Source: Raillietiella orientalis (Eukaryota). From it: a DNA stretch of 64,000 nt. Below are positions 34,500 through 47,599 of this stretch, in pieces (positions within the stretch are counted from its first letter, which is position 1; each line of letters opens with the position of its first letter). The stretch covers positions 1,240,001-1,304,000 of the forward strand of contig JAYWIR010000038.1 in assembly GCA_036172245.1 (NCBI GenBank), written 5' to 3'. Position numbers and translations under genes: made by a program. A model generated the notes under the pieces. It was given only the letters and a program-made list of their open reading frames with translations, made no database searches and was not told where the DNA came from.

Positions 34500-36900
34500 C
34501 CGGGAGACTTCGGACTTCTTCTGGCAGCGCCGCTGAGGCATGGAGTTGTCCAGGACCAAGCCGCCCTCGGAGCGCAGCCAGCAGGCTGCTTGGAAACGCA
34601 GGGGACGTAGATCAGCTTCCTGTGTTTCCCGGAGGCTTCCTACTCGGACCAGAGGCGATTCCCCCCGGCGCCTCTGAAGCCATCTACGGGTACTGCTCTT
34701 CCAGAAAAGTCCCGCGGTAGGCCCGCCCATCCTTCGCACGCCCCGGCTCTTTGCACCCAATGCTCCGAGCATGCCGAGTCGAACCAGCGCCGACGGGTTC
34801 GTCGGCCTTCCATCCCCACGTACGCGAATAGGGGTCGCTCGGGCTTCAGATCCCCCTGTGGGGCGCACGCCTTTTACGTCACCGTTTCGGGCGTGTTTCC
34901 CGATTCTTACCCCTTTCGGCTCAGCTGAATGCGTCTATTTGGTACTGGCCACCTGCAAGAAATGCCTCGGCGGAGATCGATCGCGTCCTCGCAGCATCCC
35001 TCGAACCAGCATCCATCCCTCGGTTCTCATTACTCATCCCCCTTCTTCCTCCTCCTTTCCTTCTCCTCCTTTTTACTTTCCTTCTCCTCATCCCTTCCTC
35101 TTCTGTTTCCTTGCCCTTCCTGTCCTCCTCCTCTTCCTCCTCCCTTCTTTCCCCTCCCTTCCTCCTCCTCCTCCTCCCTTTCTCCCATTTTCCTCCTGCT
35201 CCTCTTCCTCTTCTTCCTCCTCCCTTCCTCCTTTCTTTTGCTTTCTCCTCCCTTTCTCTTCCTCCATCCTTCCTCCCTTCTCCTTCCCTTCCTCCCTTCT
35301 TCCTCCTCTTCCCTGGGGAGCACAATGAAGATGGATGGGCGAGAACGATGCCAAGAGCATTGGGTCTTCCTGCGGAGCTCTGCCTGACCGAACTGGACCT
35401 GGATATTCTCCAGCAGCGCGCTTTTGGTGACCGTCGAGGAAAACTCGCTCGGCCAGAACGTGCGAATCGCCTCCAGCGCGAAGAAATTTGGTCCTCTGCG
35501 ATGGAGGGACACCCCGATGGACGGGGGTCAGAGCTCTGAGCCGGGCAGCATCGTCAAGGGCCGCCTTCCTTGCAAGAGGGCTCGGTGGGGACCGCTGAAA
35601 AAATGTCTCGGGGCTGCACCTCCTGTCCATACAGGCTGAGCCCACCGGAGACGGCACGGATGGGCTGGGAGGAATTGCGCATCCGCATCCCCGGCCCCTG
35701 CGCCAGCAACCGAACTCTTGCCTCTCTCAAGCGTGGCGAGGCCGTGGCGCAGACTCAAAATGCCACCCAACCCGCGCCCGGCGGCGTCGATTCTTCGACC
35801 TCAGCTCCGACCCGGTGCTGCTGCTGCCTGCGTCCTTCGAACGCCCCCCGACGGCTATGCGGATCACCGGGCGAAGGAGCCAAAGCGGATGCTAGCAACT
35901 GGCGCTCCACTTCTTATTAGAGGAGTCCCCGAGTGCAAAACGGGTCAGGAGGGAACAAACCAGGAAGGAGGCTGCTCGTTCTCGCATCCGCCTCTCCCAC
36001 GACCCCTTCCGGAAGGGTCTCCTGGAGCGTCGGCTGCGAAGCGGCACCCTTGGCCGGTCGGAGGAGTCGACGAGGGAGTGACAGGGGAGGCGGCGGCGAT
36101 CCCGTGTCTCCAATGACCTCCAGCCGAAGGCAGAGGAAAACAATTCTGGGCGCCTCACCTCACCTAGGTCGAACCTTCTTGCGTGGGCCGGGCAGTCCTG
36201 GACCGCCCTACTTCTGCCCGTGAAGCCGCACCGCCTTCCCCTCGCCTTCCCACCATCCCAACTTCCCTTCCGAGTTGGCAGCCCTTTCGCGGTCGGCGCT
36301 GCTGATTTGCATCAGGCACCGGCCCTTGGGGGAAGGCGAGCTGGAGAGCAGCACAGCGCAGGGAAGCACCCCATTCCTCGTAGTCCCATGCTGACCTCGC
36401 TGCCCAACTGCGCCTGTCTTCGCGAGGACCCTAAAGTCCGTGGGTCAACTTCGGCGCACCAAACCGAGGCCCCCGGGGCTTTCCCCTGCTCAGGTTCACC
36501 ACCGCCTCTTCACCCGGCTGAACTTCGACCCGAGTTGCGTCCCTCGCGGCAGCTGCTCAGGCGACCGGTTTCTGGTTCTCTCTTGAGCCCCTTCTCTCAT
36601 CCCCTTCCGCCCCACGCCCTTCGGTTGATGATTCCGGGTGATACCAGGTTTGCTCGCCATGTCCACGCCTCCCGTGCGATTCGATTTTTCTGCGAGCTTC
36701 GCGTGCGACCACCAAGGACTTGGCAATCCGAGACCACAGTTTGCCTCGCGATTCAAATCCACCAATCACCTCCGGCGTCGGACAAACGCAACCAAACAAC
36801 CAATCAGAGATCGCATTCGATCGTAATCGGGTAAGAAAACTCGCGGAAGCAGATTCGAATCCTAGGTGGCACCAAAGACGGGCAAAAAGCAGATGGTCGC
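34500..36900 (-). mobile_element. Decayed LINE ORF2 relic (linker-RT-post-RT), interrupted by a pyrimidine tract at ~35035-35315
   Basis: KLWSRIAKSL (linker), GKAPG (~36470), SLRHGLATLERG (V.H..L..L...G), PSIAEDQI (S.YADDI) and ADLRPLRFQAACWLRSEGGL (LE..Q..CLR...GL). Confidence 0.55.
35035..35315. repeat. Pyrimidine-rich (CT/CCT) tract
   Basis: Visible directly in the sequence. Confidence 0.85.
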
Positions 36901-39900
36901 ACGCGTTTCGAATTCGGGTGCTCCCCATCGAATGGAGGGGAGGGGGGGGGGAGCACAGCAACCACCGACGATTTCATCTTCCTTCGCCGCCCCTCCATCC
37001 TGCTTGAGGAAAAGAATGGCACCTTTGCGCCGAGGCGGAACGGGTCGCCCAGCGATGCTGAGGACCGCGCCCGCGGCTCGGCAGAGCCGCGAGAGACGCT
37101 GCTGCCTACTGAGCGGCGCGGATGGGTTGCTCGGAGACGGGGCAGAGCGATCCGAAGGCGGGCCACAAGCGAGCTGCTGCTCGCGGAGAGGGAGTGTGCT
37201 GTCGGCTGCAGCCGCTCCAGAGACGGCGGCGGCCTTCGCGCCGGCCTGGCCTTGCCGCATCGCCTTTGCGGCGCGCGCACGCACGCTCCTCAGACCGCGC
37301 TGCCAGGCGACGGCGAACGCGCTGGGAGCATCTCCGCACGAGAAAGCCGAGCGCCGGGCGCGCGCGTTTCGCGGAGGTTTGCGAAGCGCCTCCTTCCCTT
37401 AGGGAACTTCGGGGACGCGTGCCCTGGCGCCGCGTCACCAGGGCGGGCGGTGGTGCCGTGCGAAGCGTCATCGGCGTCGTCTCCCGAAGTCCACCCTCGT
37501 GTCTCCGCGCAGCCGAACCCTCGGCGACCCCCCCCCCCCCCCCACATTCTTTTTTTCTTCTTCTTCTTCTTCTCCTGCCCCTCCTCCTATTGTACGGCTT
37601 TGGTTTCGCTTTCCAGAGGTCTCATCGGACGGGGGAAAGCGCTTCTTGCGAGTCGACGGTCGCGGCACCCAGAAAGCTACAATGGCGCAGCCTCCACCAA
37701 ATCCGGACAATTCGGGCTTACGCCGGAGCCGCCCGAAAGGATTAGCTGACGGCGGCAGCCGCGGTGATCTCTCCCTCCGATTGTAGGTCGCACATCTGCA
37801 CAGGGTCATCGGAACACGCTCGCGACCCGTACTTTAAGGGGTGCGTGGGGACAGCCAGGAAAAAGGAAAGTGAGCGAGGAAAGAGAGAGAGAGAAAAAAA
37901 TCGAAATCTCATTTTACTTTTTCCAGGGAGGTTTTGGAGAGTTTCCAGGGACGCCTCAGAGCGAGGTGTCAGAGCAGTGGGTCCGACAGTCTGCAGGGAA
38001 GGGCCCGTGTGACATCCAGAGCAGACGTCGGGCCCTGCTTCAACGCGCGTTCGTACGTGAGACGAGAACAGGCGGTGTTGGGAAGCAGAGACACCACCCA
38101 ACGCTCGAAAAGAAGATAAAAGAGGGACGTGGAAACAGTCCCACCCCTTTCTTGTCACTTTGCTCCGAAGGGCAAAAAAAAAAAAAAAAAAAATGGCTCT
38201 TCCCTCTGTCCACCTGCGCGTCTGGTCCTGCGCTGATACCCAGATGGCCGCGCGTAATTCCCGGGCTCTTGGAAAAAATAAGCGCAAAGAGCTTCGCTGC
38301 TGGTCCAGAAAGGAGGTTTCCCGGCGATCAGCCGATGCAGTCGGCTGCTTTGATGGTGTGGGACGCGACCCGACGCTACTCGCGCGGACCCCCCCACTCC
38401 GCACCCCAAACTCCCATTCGATGCAAACGGAAAGCGCGCGTTCCTCTTTATGGGGAGCACCGACTTGGCACCCGAGAAGCTCGCGTGATGCAAACACGCA
38501 GAGTGGGCCGCCAGGGGGAAACAGCAGGGACCCAGCGGCTTCGGGGCTTGCAAGGCAAGCAGTGGTCTTCGGAGAGAGGTCATCCGAAGCCATTCCGGCC
38601 TCACGATGAGTCGCGGATGAACTCCCCAACTCCTGAAGCCCGAGTTGACAACGACGATGACCCGACACACTTGCCATGAACACTGGAAGGAAGGCTAAAT
38701 AAACACCATAATAATAACGAATCATTCACGGATTCGGGTGAACGCACATCAGCTCGGCGCGCGCGCTCGTGGCCGAGATATGACGACCGCATGGTCACTT
38801 TTCGAACATCTCCAAAAAATGACCATGCGGCATTCCTACATCGTCCTTTGGATAAGATCAAAGTGTGTATGCGCATGTCCACAGATGATGCGAGCATATC
38901 CATATCATACGAATACCTGCCGTGCGTGCGCGATATATGTGCACGTGCAGTGCATGCGATGTGTACGCCATTCGTTGTACATTGTATCAAAAACTGTTTA
39001 CTCCGCGGGTCTCCATGGTTTCCGACGGCCAGGAGAAATAAAGCGCTTCGCCGCGCGTTCCTCTAGCGGAAAAGTTCGGATCCAAACGAAACGTTTCGTG
39101 AGCTTCCAATCAGTTGCAACTTCTATTCAAAGTTGTTCAGAAAAAAAAAAAAAAAAGGAAAAAAGAAAGAAACCGTAATGTAATTTATTAAAGGTTCGTC
39201 ACGGTAAAGGGTTAATGGTGCAGTTCCGGCGAAGGAGAAAACGGAAGGCGGCTTTCGCGCGATCCCAGGCTGCGCGGGGGCTTCCCCGCGCTCTCTCGGG
39301 GCGGCGCTGGAGCCGGCCGACAATGCGGCCTGATCACGTGACCGAAACGCTTCGCATTTCATTATTACGTAGGCAGCCGTGCGCGGGCTCCGGCAGTCGG
39401 CCACGGGCCCGCGCAATCGCGGGGATCCCCTCGCGGGCGCGCGGCGGCGGCGAGCGCGGGCGATAGGGAAAGAGCGTTCCGGGCGCAGCGTGCGAAAGCG
39501 AGCGGATCCCCGCGCGCTCCCGAAGGGTGCCGCGGGGAGGGCTCGCCCTGCCCGCCCGCCCGGAGACCCGGCTGGCGTTTACTTCCCGGGTGCGCGCACC
39601 GCAGGAATTTCTCGGCCTGGGCGCGCGCGATGCGGGACTTGCGACCTTTTTGCATCCTGCTACTTGTTGGTCGCTAAGGAGACGACGGCGACGCGCGAGG
39701 GGGGGGGGAAGGGGGGGGAACGCCGCGCACGCGCCCAAGCTGTATGCCGAGAGCTCAGGCCTGCGCGTGCAGGTTGGGGGAGGAAAGTTGACGACCGAGC
39801 CACCGGGCGTCGTTTTCGCCCTCCCTGCTCCTCTTGACTCTCCAGAGAGATGCTCACGAACAACCCTGCGACGTGGGAAGGGCGAGGAAGGCACGTTCCC

Positions 39901-42149
39901 CCCCTCCCCCTCCTCCTCCTCCTCCTCATCTCCCTTCCTCCTTGCCTCCCCACCCTCGGCGGCGGCACTCATTTGCCTCAATTAAAAAAAAAAAAAGTCG
40001 CAGGGCGCCACCTCCTCCGCGTCCGCGAGGATCCGGGAGTTCCATCCCGAGCATCCATCAGGAAGATGCGCGCTGACATTCGCTCCCAGTTAACCTCCAG
40101 GGAGTTCCAGCCGCGTTCCCCGATGTTAAATCTTCATCGTGCGCCGAGATTCCTCTCCGAGTAAACCGTGTGAACGGAGCTCCTATCTGCTCCCGGCTTG
40201 GCCAACTCGTTCGTGATTGATGGCAGCCCATGTGGTGCAAATCCAGGCCCCATTTTTTCCCCACTCCCCTCTTTTTTTTTTTTTTTTTTCTTTTTGCTAA
40301 CGAGAAACTGCTCAGAGGAATGCCCTATGGAGATATCGCGCTGCCTCCGCGCATGAAAGCAGCGCCGAACTAAGAGGATTAAGGCGCCAGATCTCGTCCC
40401 CATTGAAACCGGGGAAGGTCCGGGCAACGCGGCTCGAAAAGGAACTTTCGCAACCTGCCGGTTTACGGTCGGCGGCGATGGCGTCCCCGGCATTCCCGCG
40501 CCCAAAAGCATCGCTTCTGCTCGAGAGGGGGGGGAGAGCAGGCGTCCGAGGAGATCGAAAGCGATCCCGGAGGTCCGCGCACCTCCTCTCCCCTTTCCCT
40601 CTGGCTCGTCAGTTCCGGCACTCGCAGGCGCCTCCCGGGCCCTCCATGCCCTTTGTTTGCGGCGGCCGGGCAATGCGCAGGAAACGGATGGGAGTGCGGA
40701 AGGCTCCGCCCTTGTTCCCCTTCCTCTGGAAGGACCCGCTCCTCGGGGCAAGGTCGAGCCGTCCCTCTTCTTCGAGGACGGATGCGCTGCTCTCCTGCTC
40801 CTGCCTTCAGGGCGATTCCGCCCAGGTCCGCTCTGCCTCCCTCCCCCCCAGAGGAGCAGTCGAGGTCCGACGCGGGCCGTTGGCCCTCTTCTCTGTAGGA
40901 AGCCGTGGGGACCATCCCTCTCTACTGATGGCTTCCTGATTTTCCAAGAAGGGCAGGAAGCTACTCCCTGCGTCCTCGTGCTTCTCCTCCCTGTCGGAGG
41001 AGGAGGTGCGTCCCGTCGCTGCCTTGCGGAGGGAATGGAAGGGTTCGTTCGCTCTCCCCCTTCCCTCCCCCGCTGTCCTCATGGAGACCGCTGGGCGTGT
41101 GTGTTGCTACACAAGTAGGGCGTACCCCCGCACGTCGCTCGGCAACAGCGGACAGCCTCAGGGTCCCGAAAGTCTGACGGGTGGCAGCAACGGCGGAGAT
41201 GCTTCCCGAAGGGGATCCTGGCCAGCAGCTCGATCTCCAGGAGGGAGGGATGGGATGCCCCCTGTCGGGGTGCGCGCCTGCTGCCAGAGGGGAAGCTGGT
41301 GCAGGCGTCGCGGAGCCTCCGCCACCGCTTCTACTGCCACGGGCGCATCCCGGATTCCGGCACTCCCCTCCCTCCCCAAGTCGCTCCGAGGAGACCGCAC
41401 CCGCAGGAGGAGGGGAGGGAGGAATGGCCGCATCCCCATCCGTGCCCGAGGGCTTCAGTCCCCGTGCGCGTGCGTCCCTCCGCTCGCACCCGGGACCCGC
41501 ACACGACACGCGCCTCGCCCCTCGAACCCTCGCGTCTTCGGGTGCCGCCAGGGCGCTTCTTGGCAGCCCCTTCGGCGCTCCTCGCCGGCGAGGCATCCGT
41601 CAGAGGTGGCGCCTCCCACTGCCATCGCAAAGAGGCAGCCGCTGCGAGGTGGGCGCCGAACCCCTCCGGGCGCGAAGGAGGGAATTTTTCCGGGGAAGGA
41701 ATGGGTCCCCTCGGATTATCCTCAGGGGTCTATCCATCCATCCGGAGGATGGGGAGGAAGGGGGGGTCGGGAGGCGCGCGAGCGCCCGTGGCAGAGAGTG
41801 GCGGCGGGGTGGTTCCAGCACTCCCCGCGCGGCGGCGCGCACGGGCAAGGAGGCAGGCAGCCGCCGCCATTGTTTACAGGAGCGGCGGGCGGGCCACGCG
41901 CGCGGACTGAAGGCAGGAGAGGGAGAGCAGCACGACCGCGCGCTTCCGGTGCGCACACGCATGGAGGAGGCAGGTCTTCCCTAAGCCGGGGGGAAGGGGG
42001 CTAGGGCTCCACGAGCTTGCTAACGGTAGGGGGAGCCGCGAGAGGGCGCCGGCAGCACGGGGGTCAGCTAGGGAGGGCAAGACGAAGTCCTCTCGCGGAG
42101 AACGGAAGGGAGGACGACTCCTCGAATCGCGCGTCCCTGGCTGACGAGC

Positions 42150-42500
42150 GCGCTTCCGCCGAAGGCGCGGGACGATTCACCCGCACCGCCCCTTCATCGC
42201 GCCCGAAGGGACGAGAGACGGCTCCGGGGACTCCTCGAGGCGGCGCGGACGAGGTGGCTCCTGCTGAGTGGGCGTTGCCACGGGGTGGGCACTCCTCCCT
42301 AAGCCAGGGCAGGAAGTGCTCGCGCAGAAGGAAAAGCGGGGTGGTCAGGGCAACGCTCCCAGCCAGCCGGACTGCCGGGGACGGGCTGCGACTTCCGCGA
42401 CAGTTGCTAGTGGACTGGCCCGAAGGTAAGACCAGTGGGCGCGCGGGGGAAGAAGGAACCGCCCGGCGAGCAGGAGACCGAAGTCCAGTTGCCGTCGTCT
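42150..42500 (-). mobile_element. Decayed LINE RT N-terminal fragment
   Basis: PLVLPSGQSTSNCRGSRSPSPAVRLAGSVALTTPLFLLREHFLPWLREE parallels P..KPGK...SYRPISL.S...K..E....RL...LE. Confidence 0.35.
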
Positions 42501-43399
42501 TGTGAACGCCGTAGGCCAAGAGGAGGAGGGCAGTCAACGTGGGGAGGGGAGGAAGAGCAAAGAGGAAGGGACGCGAGGCAGAGGGTCGGGGATCGGAGGT
42601 CACCTCTAAGGGAGCCTTCCGAGTGAGCGGCAAGCCTTCATCCGGCAGGCTCCGAGCGGGTGGCAGGACGGAAGGTGAAGCGGGAGGGAGGGAGACGCTG
42701 CGGCCCCGGAGGACTTCTGTCAGCAGCCGCGAAGACACTGTCCCTCCCGACGGAAGCGCCCTCCCTCCTGGAAGAAGGGGCGCCTTCCTGCGCGGGCGGG
42801 ATCAGCGCACGCGCACGTCTCCCCGAGTCCCCTGTGCTCGGCTCAGCGCGGAGCTTTCCCGGGCTGGAAGGCGAGTCCCGGAGTCGCCCTGGGGTGGTCG
42901 GCCTGCACAAGCAAAGCGGCGAGGCGGGAGGACGCGCGCCTCGGGCTGCGGCTTCCCGGCGCGCACGGGAGGGAGGCGACGAGGAGGGGAGACGGGAATG
43001 GAATTCCTTCCTTCGTGCGTGTGAGGATTTCTCGCCGCCGCCGCCGCGCTCCCTCCGGACGGAGGTCGCACAGCGGTAGCTCCTCTCGCAGAAGGCGGGA
43101 ACCCGCTCGAGGACGACATCCGGTTCCCGTCTCCGAGTCCTCAGGCCGGGGGGTGGGGTGGAGGTTTCCTCCTCCTCCTCCTCTTCGGAGCGTTTCCTGC
43201 GCGGCGACTCGGCAGGCGAGCGAGCGTTCCTGCTGGAAGCTTTCGCAGCCCATCCTTGCGACCGGCCAGGAGACGTCGGCCCAGTGTTCCGGTGAATAAA
43301 ACAGTGAATGAAAGTCCTACCGGACTTTAGGAAAAAGAAAAACCCTGTCCCTCTCCTCCTCCCCCATGCTTGGCTGGACGGCCGGCAGATTCAACGATT

Positions 43400-44020
43400 T
43401 ATCAGATCCGCGATACGCCGTGATTCGTGGAGGTGGTGGATTGCTTGCCGCCACGGTGCCCACCGCTCGAGAGGCGGAACACTTTGTCTTCCGGAGGCAC
43501 GCGTTCAACCCCTTCATGACGCACGCGTGCCGTTGCTGCCTTCCCGCCCTTGGATGGACACGCGTAATCTTTTCCGATGAAAATCCGTGTTCCTTCTTGC
43601 AGTGTCGGTCCTGTAATCGGTGGAGAGAGTCATGTGACTCGCTGAAGAGATGCGACGCACCTGGAACTTTCTTTCTTTTTCTTTTTTCGTATTCATGCAT
43701 ATTCGCTTTTTCATCTTCTTCTACTCTGAGGAAGCGAAAGAAGCATCTCGGAACTTCGCAGATCACTTTTTCAAGACAACCCCTGCCTTCCGCTCTGTAC
43801 CTCATCTCTGCACCTCTTCCGCCTTTCCCGCCTTGGGAACAGCGCCTCCCAAGGATGGTCTCGATGATTCCCGCCCGCGAACTCCGCGCCCCCTTGGGAA
43901 ATCCCCAGTCCCTTTCGTCCGTTCGGGAGCGGAGCTTGCCGGGAGCCAGGGATAGCCACGCACTGCTCCATCTCGTTTCCGCGCCCGTTTCCTAGGGGAT
44001 GCTAACAAATCGCTTTCCGT
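43400..44020 (-). mobile_element. Decayed LINE APE-endonuclease fragment
   Basis: VRGYPWLPASS...KGTG (GY.W....R..GGG), KANMHEYE (D.N.H) and SEKITRVH (G.ITW). Confidence 0.4.
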
Positions 44021-45049
44021 TGGCCGGGCTGAAGTTTCTGACGTTAAGTGAAATTCTTCCCGGAGGAATGCGCGCAGCGCTGCGGTTATGCGAACAAGAA
44101 CTCAGCGGCTGCGTTTCTGGAGGTGCGTAATGAAGACATCGGTGGCTAATTGGTAAAACAATCGCTCCCTCCGGGATACGAGGGACTCGAGAACACTTCC
44201 CGGATGAGGAATTCCTCCCGAGTCTCTCCGAGGCTAACGTGGGGTCTCGGAGAAGAGCATTTTAGTTGCCATCAGTCATTCTTTTAACCATTAGAACCGC
44301 GCGGAATCCAAGTCAAGCGTTAAATGAAGTGCAGCTCCGTTGGTTGCAGGCAAACGTTTACCAAAGATGAATCAATCAAAGAGGCGAAGCCTGCGGAAGA
44401 GTTTCGGAGGCAGGGCAGATGGAAAGCGGAGTTCTTTCGTGCACGGGGCAGCTGAAGCGAAGAGCAGTTTCGGGAAGCCAACAGCACGCTCGGGAGCTGC
44501 TTGTTGAGGAGCAAGCGGAGCGATGTTCGCCCGCGGAGAAGTTTCGGAAAGCCTCGAGGCTGAAGGGACCTTTTGCTCCGGGGGGCTCTTCCCGCCTGCG
44601 TCCGATTTCCCTTCAAGGGAGGCGCGCAACTGGTGAGCATTCTGCACTGACTGGCTGATCGTGGCCTACCAAAGCAGGCCCAATGCTGGTTGGGTCCGCT
44701 TTGAAGGGCTAAAAAGCGAATGCTTCACTCCACGCTCATATTCGTCGGGTTCATCCGTGCTGATTCAAAGATGAGGGATTCCGGTGTCACTGGAAAGAAC
44801 GGGCAGAATTGTTGAGAGGCTCAAGTGGCCGAAATACCTCCAGTTGAACCACTTTCTCGTAGTGCCCTGGGAGAAAATGCTGCAGATGGATGATTGCGTT
44901 CCTTTTCCGATGTGCCGAAGCTGACATCAACAATGCTGTGCCTCAAGATATAGACAATAGAAAACCATGCAACCAGCACCCTTTTTTTTTTTTTTTTTTT
45001 TCTACGGGCTACCGCTGTTCACGGTTATAATGCAGCCAGTAGCGATCGT

Positions 45050-46050
45050 AATACTGTCACAACGATGACACGCTGATAATCAAGTCATCACCGTCAGAAC
45101 CTCCATGGCCTTAAATTTCTGTCAGGTGGATGCCAGGGCATTTTTTTTCATTCGAAAGTCCCATACCAACCGCAGGAATATGACGTCTGCTGGAACTCTT
45201 TCTCTCTTCTTTCCTGTATGCAACGAATCCGATGTTCTGAAGTCCGAGGCTTTTAGTTTCTCCTCCCAAAGCTCATGTCCTTTCATGGCACTCCACTCTG
45301 CTATCTTTTCCTTTCTTCCACCCCTTTCAGTCCCCAAAGTCTTCATGCCACACAACCACCGAAGGCTCAGCCTTTGCCCACTCCTCGGGGTTCAGACGCC
45401 GCCGCACTTCTGGTGGAAGTTTCCGAAAACTTCTCATCGCCTTTCCGCTGTATTTGCTCCGTGCTTTCTCATTGCTGGGCCCTATTGCGCAACTTTCGAT
45501 TATTGGTGACAATCGATCTCCTCAACATTTGTGGCTGAGGTAGGCGAAGAGCCAATGCGCCGGCAGACTTTTCTTCCTTCTCAGAAAACACTTCGCTCTT
45601 AAAAAAGGTTCGTATGAACTTTAGAAACCACTTTGGAAATTCCGAAACGATCGCATTGTTGAAATATTCCGAAACGATCGCATTGTTGGAATATTCCGAA
45701 ACGATCGCATTGTTGAAATATTCCGAAACGATCGCATTGTCGGAAAGTGCGAAAACGATCACATTGTTGCAAAATGCGAAGACCATCACGCTGTCGCGAA
45801 ACAGAAGATTTATATTCTTCCCTCTTCGGAGGTGCAAAAAATCATCCGCTGCATCAACGTCGTCTTTCGTGTGTCGTAGCGTTCCGCGGACAATAGAGAG
45901 AACGGGCGCTCTCATTCGCTTTCGCTGCCGCGTCCCCGCCACGCATGTCCAAAGTAAATCACCTATTTCCGACAGCCTCGCTGCCAGCACGGGAATTTTG
46001 CTAGCGCTGCCGATTCTCCCTGCAGCAGCGGCCAAGAACTCTTCCTCCTT
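45050..46050 (-). mobile_element. Decayed LINE RNase H / C-terminal fragment
   Basis: KSAGALALRL (AE..AI..AL), GQRLSLRWLCGMKTLGTERGGRKEK (I.L.W.PGH.GI.GNE.AD..AK) and VIFLRLVWD (L.RLR.G). Confidence 0.5.
45640..45801. repeat. 27-bp minisatellite, 6 units
   Basis: Consensus TTCCGAAACGATCGCATTGTTGAAATA. Units start at 45640, 45667, 45694, 45721, 45748 and 45775; the last two are diverged. Confidence 0.95.
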
Positions 46051-47045
46051 TTTTCCTCATCCTTTCCACCGTTCTTTTCTTCGGCGCCGCTTGGCGAACT
46101 CGTGTCGCTGATTATCTGCTTCCCCGGCGGATCAGCCAGCCTCCTGTCTGGAAAGGGAAAAAGTCGCCGCACCCGCACTGCACGCGGCGTTTTCTCCTTG
46201 CCATGAGTTCTTGCCGTTTCTTTCCCAGCACCCAGGAGGGCCCACCTGGTTAATTACGCTCATCAAACCAGTGCTCAGCACATCTCCGTTTCATCAGCAG
46301 AAGGTTGATGTCATGCCTGTGATTGATGAACGATAAGAACCCAAGGAATCGAAGGTGGTCCCTGACCTCTCCGGTTTGAAGCGTCAAGTTCCTTTCCGAG
46401 GAGTGCGAGGGATACCTGTTCCGGGAATGCATCTGCTTCGACAGGTCGCCGAGATGCTGCCGCCTACGAGAATCTCTTTCGTGGGTGGCTTCTGTGGACC
46501 GAAAAGGTTCCGGGCACACCTTGGAGACAGAGAACCGGAAGGACGCCAGTGGAGGTACGCGCGACGACCGGCGGTCGTTAAGGAACGCGCGCCGGCGGGC
46601 GAGCAGAGAGCAAAGCGGATCCCAGACAGAACCAGCGCTCCCGCGCAGCGAGAAAGCTCGTCGCAGGAAAGCGCTGTCTGGCGTTTGGGAAGCCGCCCCG
46701 TCGCTCCTTGGGTACCGCAGGGGAGGATTTCCTCCGCCTCCTTTCGCGTTCGGCTGCAGCAACTTTCCGGGCTGCAGCAGGACGAAGCACCAGGGGTAAC
46801 GTGGCAACGTGGGCGGCACATCTCTTGCTCCGCCCGGGAACGCGACGGTGGCGCTTCCCTGATGCCCCGGAGCAAGTCGTCGGAAAGAGCGCGACATTCC
46901 CACCCTGTCTTGGGGAGGGAGGAAGGGAGGAGGGGACTTGGCTGCTTGGAAACGGAGGACTTTAATCTTCCCCTCTCTCGGAGGTGGACTACAATGAAAC
47001 CCTCCCTTCCAGCTCCTGGGTGCCATTCGCCTTGGCAGTCGCGCT

Positions 47046-47174
47046 TTCTATCTTTCCTCTGCTCCTTCCACCACAGCTCGTTTCCTGGCAAACGTCCCAC
47101 CGCGCCTCGTGGGGCCGACCGCGGGATGTTCCGACCCGTCCACCTTACAGCGACGGTGCCGCGGAAAAATTTCC
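47046..47174 (-). repeat. Left arm of a ~130-bp inverted duplication
   Basis: Reverse complement of 48896-49025, with about 11 differences by manual alignment (~91% identity). Confidence 0.9.
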
Positions 47175-47599
47175 GGGTGTTTGCTATGGGAGAAGCAGGA
47201 AACGTGGAACTCCGACTTGGTGGCGACAGTCCCCTGGGACAAACCCCAGCGAAGCAGAAACGTGGAAGAGCCTTCCCCTCTGTCGAACTGGAACTCCCTC
47301 CCTCGCTCAGCTCCCGAAGCACGCGCGACCTCACGCAAGAGGGTCAGCCAAAGTGGGAAGCGCGCAGCCGCCGCACTTTGTCGGTCCCTTTTTCCCCCGC
47401 GTGGGGGTGGGCGGGGGTGAGGGGGAACTAAGCTCTCGAGCAACAGCGGCAGCAGCAGCCTCCCTGCGAGGCGAAGCAACGTTCCGGACGTGGCCTTGAA
47501 AGTTTCGCGCCCATGTGGAGCCATCTGCTCCCTTCCTTTCCGGAAGGAAGGGTTGAATTTTCAGCCGACAAAGATGATCGAAGCGGCGATGAATCAGCC

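Noticed and set aside
44324..44455. THAP-like start MKCSSVGC...W
   Set aside because: It stops after 43 codons without the C..HF half of the zinc finger.
45640..45801. CRISPR-like array
   Set aside because: The units are head-to-tail with no unique spacers, the context is eukaryotic, and there are no cas genes.
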